DNA of 64,000 nucleotides from Bacteroidota bacterium (GCA_029564935.1 JAKQPD010000159.1:11059-75058); one strand, 5' to 3'; positions 42,482 to 54,060 are shown, counted from the stretch's first letter. Translations and numbers: made by a program. Notes: generated by a model from the sequence alone, not told the origin.

Positions 42482-44422
42482 ATGAACAGATATTTCTTGA
42501 TAGGACTGCTTCTTTCTGTTTTAACAGGATCCGGCTCTTTTGCCCAGACTCCGGGCGAAGCGCAGTCAAAACGGCCTGCCGGGCCCAGGATAATCAGGGA
42601 GTGGAATCTTAACCACGATTTTACCGAAGAGGTCATAATCCCTTTTGACACGGTTTTTTCGTTGTTTCACCGTTACAGACTGACCGACAGATACTCGCCA
42701 CTAAATGCTACCCTGGGCAACTACGGGCTGCCCTTTTACCAGCTGAATTTCTTTGACAGGATCTCCGACCCTGACAGATTTCTTTATTCATACTATCAAC
42801 CCTTAATTTATACACCGGAAAGAGCAGTATTCATGAACACCCAGGTACCCTTCACCGAGCTTGTCTGGACAAACGGCGGACCCAGGGAAACGTCCGAGCA
42901 GACATTCAGAGTCAGGCATTCCCAGAATGTAAACAGGTTCCTGAATTTCGGACTGATCTATGATATTGTATATAATCTCGGACAGTATAATTATCAGAGG
43001 GCAGAGGATAAGGCTTTTACATTGTTCTCATCATATACCGGCCCGGCATATAAATATTATTTTTCAGCAGGGATTAATGATATAACCTCCTGGGAGAACG
43101 GTGGCATTTTAAATAAAGAAGACCTGGGACAGTATGAAACAAGGGATGTACCGATAAACCTTGGCGGCCTGAATACTGCAAAAAGTGTTCTTAAAAATCG
43201 TAATATACTCTTTGTCCAGCGTTACACGGTGGGCAAAAGGACACAAACGGGTGATTCACTTAAAAAAGCAGAAAGATTCTCCGGCCTGCGGGGGACCTTT
43301 TCTCATATTTTAATTGCGGAGAACAATAAAAGGTCTTATAGTGATAATAGTCCGTTATCGGGATTTTATGATACAGTTTTCATAAGTAAAAAAGCCACTT
43401 TCGACTCTCTTGCCCAGCGCAGCTTCAAAAACAGCCTGAGGTTTGATTTTGCAACTGATGAGAAACGAAAAATCAGCCTTGGCGGTGGCGTCGGGATCAG
43501 GAACGAGCTTTTCCGCTACAGCCAGATTATACCTGCCCACGATACTACCTTTTCAGATACATTGGCATGGCGGAAAAGCAACAATGCAGTTATCGGGAAG
43601 CTTTTTAACACAATCGGCGATAAATTCAGATGGACAGCAGACGGAGAATTATACCTTACAGGATATAAGGCGGGAGATTTCAGTCTGAAGGGCGAAATAA
43701 CCAAATCCTTCGTACTGAAAAAAGGAACAGCCAGCTGGATCATCCATGGGAGCATGATCAACCGTCAACCCTCTTTCTGGTATACCAGCTGGGGAAGCAA
43801 CCATTTTGAATGGCTGAATGAACTGAATAAGGAATTCCGTATCGATATCGGAACGCGATTATCCTACCCGGCACTTAAAACCGATCTGAGGTTCGATTAT
43901 GCGATAATTGACAATTATACAGATTTCAATACTGAAGCTCTTCCTTCCCAGCATGGTGGAGGATTATCCGTCGCATCAATAATGCTAAGCAAAGAAATGA
44001 AAGCATGGAAATTCCACCTGTCGGGAGATGTGCTTGGTCAGATATCAAGCAATTCGGAAATTCTTGATCTTCCTCTTATATCCCTGAGATCTGCCGGTTA
44101 TTTCGAACACCTTTTCCGCTTCAAACAAACAAATGGCAAACTTAATACCCAGATAGGCTTTGATGTCCTTTATCATTCGTTATACTACGCTTATTCATAT
44201 ATGCCTTCAACAGGCAGATTCTTCAGACAGGATAAAGTAAGGACAGGCAATTATCCTTTTGTCAATGTTTTTCTCAATCTCAAGCTCAAAAGAACGAGGA
44301 TCTTCGTAATGTTTGACCATGTCAATGCCGGCCTGCTTGGCTACGAATACTTCATGATGCCATCTTATCCCATGAATTACAGGATGTTACGCTATGGTCT
44401 AGCCTGGACGTTTTACAATTAA
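42482..44422 (+). CDS. Putative porin (Bacteroidota outer-membrane beta-barrel)
   Basis: Signal peptide, LGNYG...PFTEL...HSQN...ENGG, C-terminal RYGLAWTFYN beta-signal. Confidence 0.75.
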   Translation: MNRYFLIGLLLSVLTGSGSFAQTPGEAQSKRPAGPRIIREWNLNHDFTEEVIIPFDTVFSLFHRYRLTDRYSPLNATLGNYGLPFYQLNFFDRISDPDRFLYSYYQPLIYTPERAVFMNTQVPFTELVWTNGGPRETSEQTFRVRHSQNVNRFLNFGLIYDIVYNLGQYNYQRAEDKAFTLFSSYTGPAYKYYFSAGINDITSWENGGILNKEDLGQYETRDVPINLGGLNTAKSVLKNRNILFVQRYTVGKRTQTGDSLKKAERFSGLRGTFSHILIAENNKRSYSDNSPLSGFYDTVFISKKATFDSLAQRSFKNSLRFDFATDEKRKISLGGGVGIRNELFRYSQIIPAHDTTFSDTLAWRKSNNAVIGKLFNTIGDKFRWTADGELYLTGYKAGDFSLKGEITKSFVLKKGTASWIIHGSMINRQPSFWYTSWGSNHFEWLNELNKEFRIDIGTRLSYPALKTDLRFDYAIIDNYTDFNTEALPSQHGGGLSVASIMLSKEMKAWKFHLSGDVLGQISSNSEILDLPLISLRSAGYFEHLFRFKQTNGKLNTQIGFDVLYHSLYYAYSYMPSTGRFFRQDKVRTGNYPFVNVFLNLKLKRTRIFVMFDHVNAGLLGYEYFMMPSYPMNYRMLRYGLAWTFYN

Positions 44423-44482
44423 AAATTTTTGTATCTTTGCCGCGTTTTTGTCTGAATTGATTGTGAAACAAAAAAACAACTA

Positions 44483-45979
44483 TTGGGAAAGAAAATAGTC
44501 CTTTTTACAGCCTTACTGGCGGTATTATTAATATCGTGTACCAACAGTAAGAATCACCAGGGAACAAATAACGGCAATAGTGTCTCCAATGATCTTGAAC
44601 TTATACGGGAGAGGGGTAAACTTGTTGCAATAGCCGATTTTAATTCGACTAATTATTTTGTTTATAAAGGTGAACCGATGGGATTCCATTTCGAGCTGCT
44701 CAATGAATTTACCGAATATCTCGGGGTAGATCTTGAAATAGTAACGGAAAACCATCTCGATCGTGCTTTCGATCTGCTTAAGTCAGGGAAAGCTGACATA
44801 ATAGCCATTGGTCTGACAGTAAATTCATCACGAAAGAAAGACATCCAGTTTACGGTTCCGATAATCCAGACACGGCAGGTGCTGGTACAGCGTAAACCCA
44901 GAAACTGGAGGTCACTGACTGCCGATGCTCTTGACAGGCAGCTGATACGAAATCAGCTTGATCTTGCACATAAGACAATTTTTGTCCAGGAGCAGTCTGC
45001 ACATTCCGAACGGATCAGATCCTTGTCGGATGAAATAGGAGATACAATCAGTATTATTGAGGTGCCTTATGAATCGGAGGAACTGATAAGGTTTGTTGCA
45101 AACGGAGAGATCGAATATACAGTATGTGATGAGAATATTGCAATTGTTAATTCTACTTATTATCCTGATATCGACATCAGTACTCCCGTCAGTTTCCCAC
45201 AGAACATTGCCTGGGGATTGAGGAAACAGGAATCGTCCCGTCTTCTCGATGAACTTAATCAATGGATATCATCATTTAAAGAGACGAAACGCTATCTGTC
45301 ACTTTATTCAAAGTATTTCAAGAACAGCCGATCGAACCTGAGGGTTAAGAGTGACTATTATTCCCTCAGTACCGGGAAGATTTCAATGTGGGATGAAATG
45401 ATAAAGAAAGCCAGCAGCGATATTGGCTGGGACTGGCGACTTCTTGCATCCCTTATGTACCAGGAATCGAGGTTCGATCCGGATGTTGAATCGTGGGCAG
45501 GTGCTTACGGTCTTATGCAGGTTATGCCGCTTACCGGGGAAAGATTCGGCATTGATATTAAGGCTTCTCCTTCAAATAATGTAAGGGCGGGAATTATGAA
45601 CATAAAGTGGCTCACAGCGATGTTTGAAAGCAAAATCCCTGATGAAGGAGAAAGAATGAAATTCATATTAGCATCATATAATGCCGGTCCCGGACATGTT
45701 CTCGATGCAATGAAGCTTGCTGAAAAGAACGGTATGGATCCCACTAAATGGGAAGGAAATGTTGCCGTATGGCTTCTGAAAAAATCCAATCCTGTATATT
45801 ATAATGATGAAGTAGTGAAAAACGGCTATTTCAGGGGAACCGAATCGGTCAATTATGTAAGCGAGGTACTTGATCGCTATGACCATTACAGGAATCTGAT
45901 TACAGGTGAGAACGTCAACAGGCTGACAATGAATATGGGCCAGGTCGGCCGGGATAGAGATATCCTGACTGCTGACTGA
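44483..45979 (+). CDS. mltF: MltF-like lytic transglycosylase (SBP + SLT domains)
   Basis: Lipoprotein signal; substrate-binding domain; YQESRF, GAYGLMQVMP, ASYNAGPGHV. Confidence 0.85.
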   Translation: MGKKIVLFTALLAVLLISCTNSKNHQGTNNGNSVSNDLELIRERGKLVAIADFNSTNYFVYKGEPMGFHFELLNEFTEYLGVDLEIVTENHLDRAFDLLKSGKADIIAIGLTVNSSRKKDIQFTVPIIQTRQVLVQRKPRNWRSLTADALDRQLIRNQLDLAHKTIFVQEQSAHSERIRSLSDEIGDTISIIEVPYESEELIRFVANGEIEYTVCDENIAIVNSTYYPDIDISTPVSFPQNIAWGLRKQESSRLLDELNQWISSFKETKRYLSLYSKYFKNSRSNLRVKSDYYSLSTGKISMWDEMIKKASSDIGWDWRLLASLMYQESRFDPDVESWAGAYGLMQVMPLTGERFGIDIKASPSNNVRAGIMNIKWLTAMFESKIPDEGERMKFILASYNAGPGHVLDAMKLAEKNGMDPTKWEGNVAVWLLKKSNPVYYNDEVVKNGYFRGTESVNYVSEVLDRYDHYRNLITGENVNRLTMNMGQVGRDRDILTAD

Positions 45980-45989
45980 CTCCGGATTT

Positions 45990-47234
45990 TCAATCGTACC
46001 TTATAGCTTTCACGGGGCTGATCCTGCTTATAAGCTTCGACGGGACAAGCAGCATTATCAGTATTGCAGCCATCGATCCCGCATTAAGCAGAAGTATATG
46101 GCTTAACTGCAGATTTACAGGTACTGTTTTGATATAATAAGAAGACGGATCGAGGGTTATAAGTCCTGTCTTAAGCTGGATAAGCGTCAGCCCGATCCCG
46201 ATAATATTTCCCCAGAACAATCCTTTGCTTATAAGGTAAGCGGCCTGGTAAAGAAATACTCTCCTTATTGTTATATCCTGTGACCCGAGAGCTTTCAGTA
46301 CTCCGATCATGTTCGTTTTTTCCAGGATAAGTATCAGCAGGTTTGAAACCATATTGAATCCGGCTACTATAAGCATCAGAATGATTATAATTATGACATT
46401 TATATCCTGAAAATTAAGCCAGTCGAAGATCTGGGGATACTTTTCCCCGATACTGATGACCTGTACCTTATCCTCATCCTTAGCAAGCTGGTATCCTATT
46501 GCATTCTGAACACGCACCTTCATTTCATCCATCCTGTCGAAATCATCAATGAAAACCTCAAAACCGCTTATCTGGTCGTCTTCCCATCCATTCAGCCTTT
46601 TTATATGCCCTATATCACAGAAAACATATATTTTATCGAATTCCTCCAGGCTGGTCTCATAAATACCGCTGATCGTGAACTTCCGCATACGGGGAGGATC
46701 CTGTACGAAATGCATTGCAAATGAATCACCTGTACGCAGCCTGAGGAGATCCGAGATCTTTTTTGAAATGATCACCTTATCGGTCCGTGAGGTGTCGGTA
46801 ACAGTGAATACTGTTCCGTCTGTCATATTACTGCTGAAATAGCTCCAGTCAAAATCACTTCCGACTCCCTTGAGGACAACACCCTGAATATCCTCGTCAG
46901 TTTTTATTATCCCGGCTTTGGTGGCAAATACCTGTATATGCTTTATCCCCGGTATGCTCCGGATAGCGGGAATGAACTCCTGTCCCTGGTGTATGGGAGC
47001 AGTTTCAAATGAAAGATTCGAGTCCATGTTGACGATCTGAATATTCGAACCGAACCCGATTATTTTTTCCCTTATCTGCTCCTTGAAGCCTGTCAGGATA
47101 GCTACAGCAACTATCATAACTGCCAGTCCGGTGGCAATGCCGATTATCGCGATAACATTTATCGGTTGAGAGAATGAGGTTGATTCCCTCCTGCCCTTGA
47201 TAAGCCGCCGGGCTATAAAATAAGGTAAATTCAT
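45990..47234 (-). CDS. LolC/E-type ABC transporter permease
   Basis: MNLPYFIARR, large periplasmic loop, ILEKTNMIGVLKALG, 4 TM. Confidence 0.85.
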   Translation of the reverse strand: MNLPYFIARRLIKGRRESTSFSQPINVIAIIGIATGLAVMIVAVAILTGFKEQIREKIIGFGSNIQIVNMDSNLSFETAPIHQGQEFIPAIRSIPGIKHIQVFATKAGIIKTDEDIQGVVLKGVGSDFDWSYFSSNMTDGTVFTVTDTSRTDKVIISKKISDLLRLRTGDSFAMHFVQDPPRMRKFTISGIYETSLEEFDKIYVFCDIGHIKRLNGWEDDQISGFEVFIDDFDRMDEMKVRVQNAIGYQLAKDEDKVQVISIGEKYPQIFDWLNFQDINVIIIIILMLIVAGFNMVSNLLILILEKTNMIGVLKALGSQDITIRRVFLYQAAYLISKGLFWGNIIGIGLTLIQLKTGLITLDPSSYYIKTVPVNLQLSHILLLNAGSMAAILIMLLVPSKLISRISPVKAIRYD

Positions 47235-47255
47235 ATCAGCATCAAAAATAGTAAA

Positions 47256-47380
47256 TCTCTGTGGAACTCTACTGAATTCTCTGTGGAACTCTCCCGCTTA
47301 AAGCGGGACAAGTTTTGTAACAAAAAAGATTAAGAGCTTACACAAAAGGGACACAGAGGTTCACAAAGGTTCACAGAGAG
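47256..47380. repeat. Inverted CTCTGTG/CACAGAG short tandem repeats with an embedded hairpin
   Basis: TCTCTGTGGAACTCT x2 (47256, 47278); TCCCGCTTAAAGCGGGA at 47292-47308; CACAGAGGTT-like units at 47341-47380. Confidence 0.75.
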
Positions 47381-47417
47381 AAAAATTTTGTAGCTTTAGT
47401 GATTAAATTAATTTCAT

Positions 47418-48581
47418 ATGAGAAGATTATTAACAATAATTGCAATAGTCTTGTTTGCTACGGGATGTCAGGGTGGTGATACAGAACCAATACCGGCAGC
47501 AGATCAGCCGGAAATGTATAAAGATCTGATAATTGGCAAATCAGTTGGTATTGTTGCAAACCAGACGTCGATGGTTGGTAATGAACATCTTGTTGAGTTC
47601 CTGACCGGGCAGGGGGTAAGCATTAAGGTAATATTCACACCGGAACATGGTTACCGCGAACTTGTGGCTGACGGGGAGCATATTGGCGACGGGACAGATG
47701 CTGCCACCGGAATACCTCTGAGAAGCCTTTACGGTATACGCCGCAAGCCGGCGCCTGAGGATCTCGCCGGACTTGATATTGTTATCTATGATATTCAGGA
47801 TGTGGGGGCACGTTTTTATACATATATATCTACATTGCATTATGTGATGGAAGCATGTGCCGAAAATAATGTCAGATGCATAGTTTTCGACAGGCCGAAT
47901 CCCAACGGTTTCTATTTCGACGGGAATATAGCAGATACAGCTTATCGTTCATTTGTCGGAATTCATCCTGTTCCTGTGATGCATGGCATGACGGTGGGTG
48001 AATATGCACAGATGATAAATGGTGAAGGCTGGCTTGCAGGAGGGATCCGGTGTGATCTGACGGTCATTAAATGTAAAAATTACACTCATCAGACCCTGTA
48101 TGAACTTCCTGTCAGACCATCTCCCAACCTGCCGAACATGACAGCTGTTTATCTCTATCCTTCACTTTGTTTTTTCGAAGGGACAAATGTTTCTCTCGGA
48201 AGAGGCACTCCTTTTCCTTTCCAGGTCTATGGATCACCTCTGTTGCCTGATACAGGCTTCAGCTTCACTCCGGAAAGCCGGGCTGAATCTGTTAAACCCC
48301 CGCTCATGGGGATCAGGTGTTACGGTGTTGATTTACGGGGAGCTATTGAAGATAAACTGGTCCCTTCTTCCGGAATAAATCTCGGATGGGTGATTGATGC
48401 CTATAACAGATATCCCGAAAAGGATAAATTCTTCAATAATTATTTTGATGTTCTTGCAGCCGGACCCATACTCAGGGAGCAAATCATCAGCGGAATGAGC
48501 CCGGATGAGATCAGAGTTACCTGGAAGGAAGGACTTGAGAAGTTTGGCAGGATACGGGCAAAATATCTTTTGTACGAGTAA
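47418..48581 (+). CDS. namZ: DUF1343 exo-beta-N-acetylmuramidase NamZ family lipoprotein
   Basis: ANQTS, PEHG, YDIQDVGARFYTY, DRPNP, HGMTVGE, PSPNLP, SLGRGT. Confidence 0.88.
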   Translation: MRRLLTIIAIVLFATGCQGGDTEPIPAADQPEMYKDLIIGKSVGIVANQTSMVGNEHLVEFLTGQGVSIKVIFTPEHGYRELVADGEHIGDGTDAATGIPLRSLYGIRRKPAPEDLAGLDIVIYDIQDVGARFYTYISTLHYVMEACAENNVRCIVFDRPNPNGFYFDGNIADTAYRSFVGIHPVPVMHGMTVGEYAQMINGEGWLAGGIRCDLTVIKCKNYTHQTLYELPVRPSPNLPNMTAVYLYPSLCFFEGTNVSLGRGTPFPFQVYGSPLLPDTGFSFTPESRAESVKPPLMGIRCYGVDLRGAIEDKLVPSSGINLGWVIDAYNRYPEKDKFFNNYFDVLAAGPILREQIISGMSPDEIRVTWKEGLEKFGRIRAKYLLYE

Positions 48582-48587
48582 ATGAAT

Positions 48588-49787
48588 TCAGTGTGTAGCA
48601 CCCGGATATACCTTCAGGGCTTCTGATAAGGTTTCGATAGCATTTTTAAGATCCTCAATCTTAAGGACATATGCAATTCTGGCCTCATTCCTGCCCAGTC
48701 CGGGTGTTGAATAAAATCCTGATGCCGGAGCGACCATTACAGTCTGGTTCTTATACTCGAACTTTTCAAGGATCCATTGTGCAAATCTGTCGGCATCGTC
48801 GACCGGCAGCCTTACAACTGTGTAAAAGGCACCTTTCGGTCTTGGACAATAGACACCGGGTATTTTGTTAAGGGCATCGACCATATAATTACGGCGGGCA
48901 GTATACTCCCTGCTGATCTCAGTAAAATATTCTGCAGGAGTATCGATCGATGCTTCAGCTGCAATCTGACCAAGACCCGGAGGAGAAAGCCGGGCCTGTG
49001 CAAATTTCAGAGCCGTCGAAATAACTTCCTTATTTCTGGAGACCAGGGCTCCTATCCTTATTCCACACTCGCTGTAACGCTTCGATACGGAATCAATAAG
49101 AATTACATGATCCTCAATTCCCCTCAGTTTCATCGGAGAAAAATGCTCCGTACCGTCATAACATAACTCCCGGTAAGCTTCATCGGAGAAAAGATAGATG
49201 TTGTGTTTTTTAACAATATCGCCAAGAAGGCTGATCTCCTCTTTTGAATACAGATACCCTGTAGGGTTGTTGGGACTGCATATCAGGATACCTTTCGTCC
49301 TGGCAGTGATCTTCTTCTCTATCTCAGAAATGGGTGGCAGTGCAAAATCGTTGCCGATATGTGAAGTCACCGTAACGATTTTCACTCCGGCTGATGTGGC
49401 AAAGCCACTATAGTTGGCATAAAAAGGTTCCGGTGTAATAATTTCATCACCGGGATCAGTGCATGAATTCAGTGCAAAAAGGATAGCTTCCGATCCCCCC
49501 GTGGTGATCAGGATATCTGAATGACTTACATTTATACCGATATTCCGGTAAAATTCTGCCAGTTTAAGCCTGTAGGATTCGTTGCCGGCAGAGTGGCTGT
49601 ACTCCAAAACCTTATGCCTGATGTTTCTCACTGCATTCAATGCTGTTTCCGGCGTGGGTATATCGGGTTGACCTATATTCAGACGGTAGACTCTGATCCC
49701 CTTTCTTGCAGCTTCCTCGGCAAAGGGGACCAGTTTCCTTATCGGTGAAGCCGGCACTGACCGGCCTTTTAATGAAATTGATGGCAT
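48588..49787 (-). CDS. PLP-dependent class I/II aminotransferase
   Basis: LNIGQPD, PNNPTG, SDEAY, SVSKRYSECGIRIG; start chosen at MPSIS. Confidence 0.92.
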   Translation of the reverse strand: MPSISLKGRSVPASPIRKLVPFAEEAARKGIRVYRLNIGQPDIPTPETALNAVRNIRHKVLEYSHSAGNESYRLKLAEFYRNIGINVSHSDILITTGGSEAILFALNSCTDPGDEIITPEPFYANYSGFATSAGVKIVTVTSHIGNDFALPPISEIEKKITARTKGILICSPNNPTGYLYSKEEISLLGDIVKKHNIYLFSDEAYRELCYDGTEHFSPMKLRGIEDHVILIDSVSKRYSECGIRIGALVSRNKEVISTALKFAQARLSPPGLGQIAAEASIDTPAEYFTEISREYTARRNYMVDALNKIPGVYCPRPKGAFYTVVRLPVDDADRFAQWILEKFEYKNQTVMVAPASGFYSTPGLGRNEARIAYVLKIEDLKNAIETLSEALKVYPGATH

Positions 49788-49888
49788 CAGTGGTTTATTA
49801 TTGTTGTTAATCTGAAGGCAAAAATAGTAAGAATAAAATACAGAAAGTATGATTTTTAATATATTTCCCAAGTCCTGACAGATATTAT

Positions 49889-49938
49889 GATCTACGTATT
49901 ATAATACGTATTTTAATACGTATTATAATACGTAGATC
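49889..49938. repeat. Perfect palindrome (24-bp arms) with 4 x TACGTA at 12-bp period
   Basis: GATCTACGTATTATAATACGTATT-TT-AATACGTATTATAATACGTAGATC. Confidence 0.95.
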
Positions 49939-49963
49939 GAATATGATCCGGTGCTGATTTGAC

Positions 49964-49991
49964 TTTGATTTAATAATAATTTCTATTTTTG
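49964..49991 (+). promoter_or_regulatory. Bacteroidota -33/-7 promoter of valS
   Basis: TTTG at 49964-49967 and TATTTTTG at 49984-49991. Confidence 0.55.
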
Positions 49992-50025
49992 CAGATCAAT
50001 TAGCCCATCTATCACACCCTTATAT

Positions 50026-52680
50026 ATGGAAATACCTTCAAGATACGATCCCGGTAAAACGGAAAGCAGGTGGTATGAACACTGGATGAAACTGGGGCTC
50101 TTCAGGAGTGTTCCTGATGAGAGAGAGCCTTATACGATTGTTATTCCTCCTCCTAATGTGACGGGTGTGCTTCATATGGGGCATATGCTGAACAACACGA
50201 TTCAGGATGTACTTATCCGCAGAGCCAGGATGATGGGCAGGAATGCATGCTGGGTACCTGGAACGGATCATGCATCAATTGCTACCGAAGCCAAGGTTGT
50301 TGCCAAGCTCCGAAGTGAAAAGATTGAAAAGAAAGACATTACAAGGGAGCAATTCATCGGACATGCCTGGGAATGGACTCATAAGCACGGGGGCATTATC
50401 CTTGAGCAGCTTAAGAAGCTCGGAGCTTCATGCGACTGGGAAAGAACTCTGTTCACAATGGATGACAAGAGATATGAGTCGGTAATAAAGGTATTTGTCG
50501 ATCTTTTCAACAAAGGACTTATTTACCGCGGAGTCAGGATGATAAACTGGGATCCACAGGCCCGGACTGCTGTATCTGATGAGGAGGTTTATTTTTCCGA
50601 AGAGCAGTCAAAACTGTATTACGTTAAATACAAGATCGCAGGGTGGAATGATTTTGTGACAATAGCAACAACCCGTCCCGAAACAATTCTGGGCGATACA
50701 GCTGTGTGTGCACATCCCGGCGATAAAAGGTATCAGCATCTGAAGGGTAAGAAAGTAATAGTCCCGATGGTGAACAGGGAGGTACCGTTCATATTTGATG
50801 AGTATGTCGATATGGAATTCGGGACAGGATGTCTGAAAATAACCCCTGCACATGATATCAATGATTATGAAATAGGGTTGAAATATAATCTCCCGTCAAT
50901 AGATATTTTCAATGACGATGGTACTCTGGGCAGTAATGCCGGTTTGTTTGTGGGTACCGACAGGTTCGCAGCCAGGGATCTGGCCGAGAAGGAGCTGGCT
51001 AAAAGAGGTAACCTGGTTAAAGTTATCCCTTATACAAACAAGATCGGAAGGTCTGAGAGGACCCATGCCGTTATTGAGCCGAAGCTTTCAACACAATGGT
51101 TCCTTAAGATGGAAGATCTCTCAAAGCCTGCCCTAAAAGCGGTAATGGAAGGAGACATACATCTTCACCCGTCAAAGTTCAAAAACCTGTACCGCCACTG
51201 GATGGAAAATGTCCACGACTGGTGTATCAGCCGTCATCTCTGGTGGGGACACCGTATTCCTGCCTGGTATTATAATGGCGGTGAATATGTTGTGGCCATG
51301 AATGTTGAGGAAGCACTGAAGATTGCCAGGAAGAACAGCGGAAATGAACTGCTGAAAGAATCCGATCTGATACAGGATGATGATGTCCTTGATACATGGT
51401 TCTCGTCGTGGCTTTGGCCGATCACATCATTCGACGGTATAAATAACCCGGATAATCCTGATATAAAGTATTATTATCCGACAAATGATCTTATAACAGC
51501 TCCTGAAATACTATTTTTTTGGGTGGCGAGGATGATTATAGCCGGATATGAGTATCGTGGTGATAAACCTTTCAGTAACGTTTACCTGACTGGTCTTGTA
51601 CGTGATCAGCAACGGCGGAAAATGTCGAAGTCCCTTGGAAATTCACCCGAACCGCTTGACCTGATAGAAAAGTACGGAGCCGACGGCGTCAGAGTAGGTA
51701 TGCTCTTATGTTCACCGGCAGGGAATGACCTTCTTTATGATGATTCATTACCTGAGCAGGGGCGGAATTTTGCAAACAAAATATGGAATGCATTCAGGCT
51801 TGTAATAGGGTGGTCGGTTGATGATTCAATAGCTCAGCCCGATTCTTCAGCATCTGCCGTTAAATGGATGGAAGAAGCACTCCGACGGGGAATATCTGAA
51901 ATTGATGGTGATTTCAGAAAATTCAGGATATCAGAAGGACTGATGGCTGCCTACAAGCTTTTCTGGGATGAATTCTCGGGCTGGTATCTTGAGATCATCA
52001 AACCCGAATATCAGAAGCCGGTTGACCGGAAAACATTTGAAGCCACAATTTCTTTCTTCGACAGGCTCCTGAGGATCATCCACCCCTTCATGCCCTTTAT
52101 TACAGAGGAAATATGGCATCTTATTATGGAAAGAAAAGATGATGAAAGTATCATGATAGCCAGGATGCCTGAAGTAAAGAAATTCAACAGGGAATTACTG
52201 GCACGTTTTGAAACGGTTAAAGAGACCGTAACGGCAATCCGCTCAGTGAGGAAAGAGAAAGGTATACCTAACAGGGAAAAGATTGTTCTCTGCATCCGCT
52301 CGGGAAAGGAGGGGGTTGACAACGAATTCATACCGGTTATCATGAAACTCTGTAACCTTTCGGATGTGACTCTTGTGAACAATAAGAAAGAGGGTGCTGC
52401 ATCATTTATTACGGGCACCACCGAATACTATATCCCGCTTGAAGGCGTGCAGGATAATGAAGCTGAGATTTCAAGGATCCGTGAGGATCTTAATTATTAC
52501 AGGGAATTCCTTGCTTCAGTCATGAAGAAGCTCGATAATGTCCGGTTTGTTCAGAATGCTCCTGGACCGGTTCTTGAGCTTGAAAGGAAGAAGAAAGCTG
52601 ATACTGAACTTAAAATACAATCTCTGGAGGAAAGGCTAAAGGAACTTGATGCTCAGGGTTCCAGTTTTCTTACAAAATAA
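50026..52680 (+). CDS. valS: Valine--tRNA ligase
   Basis: [31 protein letters not shown]-terminal coiled coil. Confidence 0.97.
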   Translation: MEIPSRYDPGKTESRWYEHWMKLGLFRSVPDEREPYTIVIPPPNVTGVLHMGHMLNNTIQDVLIRRARMMGRNACWVPGTDHASIATEAKVVAKLRSEKIEKKDITREQFIGHAWEWTHKHGGIILEQLKKLGASCDWERTLFTMDDKRYESVIKVFVDLFNKGLIYRGVRMINWDPQARTAVSDEEVYFSEEQSKLYYVKYKIAGWNDFVTIATTRPETILGDTAVCAHPGDKRYQHLKGKKVIVPMVNREVPFIFDEYVDMEFGTGCLKITPAHDINDYEIGLKYNLPSIDIFNDDGTLGSNAGLFVGTDRFAARDLAEKELAKRGNLVKVIPYTNKIGRSERTHAVIEPKLSTQWFLKMEDLSKPALKAVMEGDIHLHPSKFKNLYRHWMENVHDWCISRHLWWGHRIPAWYYNGGEYVVAMNVEEALKIARKNSGNELLKESDLIQDDDVLDTWFSSWLWPITSFDGINNPDNPDIKYYYPTNDLITAPEILFFWVARMIIAGYEYRGDKPFSNVYLTGLVRDQQRRKMSKSLGNSPEPLDLIEKYGADGVRVGMLLCSPAGNDLLYDDSLPEQGRNFANKIWNAFRLVIGWSVDDSIAQPDSSASAVKWMEEALRRGISEIDGDFRKFRISEGLMAAYKLFWDEFSGWYLEIIKPEYQKPVDRKTFEATISFFDRLLRIIHPFMPFITEEIWHLIMERKDDESIMIARMPEVKKFNRELLARFETVKETVTAIRSVRKEKGIPNREKIVLCIRSGKEGVDNEFIPVIMKLCNLSDVTLVNNKKEGAASFITGTTEYYIPLEGVQDNEAEISRIREDLNYYREFLASVMKKLDNVRFVQNAPGPVLELERKKKADTELKIQSLEERLKELDAQGSSFLTK

Positions 52681-53960
52681 TTCTGTTCGACCAGGACAAT
52701 TTCGTAGTCGCTGTTGAGGATAAGGTGCCATCCTTCTCCTTCAACGCGGTTTTTGTTAGCTGTAAATCCTTTGGCGGGGATGCGAAGGTATTTGAAAGTA
52801 TTCGATACCAGACAACCACCTTTCTCGACAGTCAGCTTTCCCCAGTTATCCGAGACGCGGATTTGGTTGTAAAGCGTACCATGGGATCCCAGTGGTCTTA
52901 TATCTTCAGGCTCAAAATCAAAGTAAGGGCTGATAAGTTCAAAGTACACGACAGGTTTATCTGTAAAAGTGCTTACAGTTCTGGTCAATCTTTCATTGAT
53001 CTCCTGTTCGTGTCTGGCTTCTTCTTCCTTTATTGTTTCGTAGTCATAATTCAGCGCAAGGCTTCCGGCCACATCGCGGCATACTTCAGGGAGGGTGACT
53101 CCATAGAGGATCCTGACAATATCACTCATATCAGTATCCTCGGAACGGATGGTTTTAAAATCAAATCCTTTGTCATCCATCAATGTTGCGTAGAGAGTTC
53201 CGTGAATGGATCCGTATGTTCTTGCATAAGATGTTAATTTGTATACCCTGTCGAGGTTTTCAAAAAGCCGGGTCTTATATTCTCCCGGTGAATTTGTAGT
53301 TAGTTTCAGATAAGTGAATGTGGAAAGCCCTTCATAAGTCTCAAATCTTATCCGGTCCCTTGTGAATGTCTGGTAAAGCTCATCACTGGTTCCCCTGAAT
53401 ATCAGTGCGTCCCTGACGGCAACCTGCTGATCGGGGCCGTCCGAATCAATTGCTTTCCTGAGGGCTTTCCATTCCAGCTTGAGCCATACCCTGGCATTCC
53501 TTTCATCCATGTTACCTGTATTGTAACCCGATGAAGTAAACCCGGTCGAATCCTGGTATCTGTGAAAAAGGCAGTGTACAGCCCTGGTGACAATCCTGAA
53601 TTCATCCTCCTCCACAGGAAGCGGGGCCATGCCAAAAAGCGTTCCCCCGAATTGCAGAGCAGTATTGTTGATAATATTCTCTCTCGGAAAGAGACCCGTA
53701 TAGATACCCTCTTTTTCTTTTAGTATTCCTTCTTTATCAGGATAGTTGGCAACTATTTTCCGGGTTGTGCGATCGACAAACATCACCGGTCCATAAAGAT
53801 TTTTGCCCCACAGTCTGCCGTTGTCACTATCACATACCGCTTCTATTTTCTTAAAATATTCGCGGGCTTTTACAGGTGTCAGATAAATATTTTCCTCATC
53901 AGCCCTGCACCCGGATATGACAATAAGCCCTGCAATAATCCATGAAAATTTCATTGACAT
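52653..53960 (-). CDS. Hypothetical lipoprotein with a zincin-like HxxxH...EG motif
   Basis: Lipobox ISGC; HCLFH and ETYEGL; 28-bp convergent overlap with valS. Confidence 0.7.
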   Translation of the reverse strand: MSMKFSWIIAGLIVISGCRADEENIYLTPVKAREYFKKIEAVCDSDNGRLWGKNLYGPVMFVDRTTRKIVANYPDKEGILKEKEGIYTGLFPRENIINNTALQFGGTLFGMAPLPVEEDEFRIVTRAVHCLFHRYQDSTGFTSSGYNTGNMDERNARVWLKLEWKALRKAIDSDGPDQQVAVRDALIFRGTSDELYQTFTRDRIRFETYEGLSTFTYLKLTTNSPGEYKTRLFENLDRVYKLTSYARTYGSIHGTLYATLMDDKGFDFKTIRSEDTDMSDIVRILYGVTLPEVCRDVAGSLALNYDYETIKEEEARHEQEINERLTRTVSTFTDKPVVYFELISPYFDFEPEDIRPLGSHGTLYNQIRVSDNWGKLTVEKGGCLVSNTFKYLRIPAKGFTANKNRVEGEGWHLILNSDYEIVLVEQNYFVRKLEP

Positions 53961-54060
53961 ATTTTAAGCGCCCCAAAAGTAAATAAAAAAAACTATTTTG
54001 GTATTTAGCTGAATGATTGTTTGAGAATAATTGTTTTTTGTAGAGATCATAAAGAGGATT

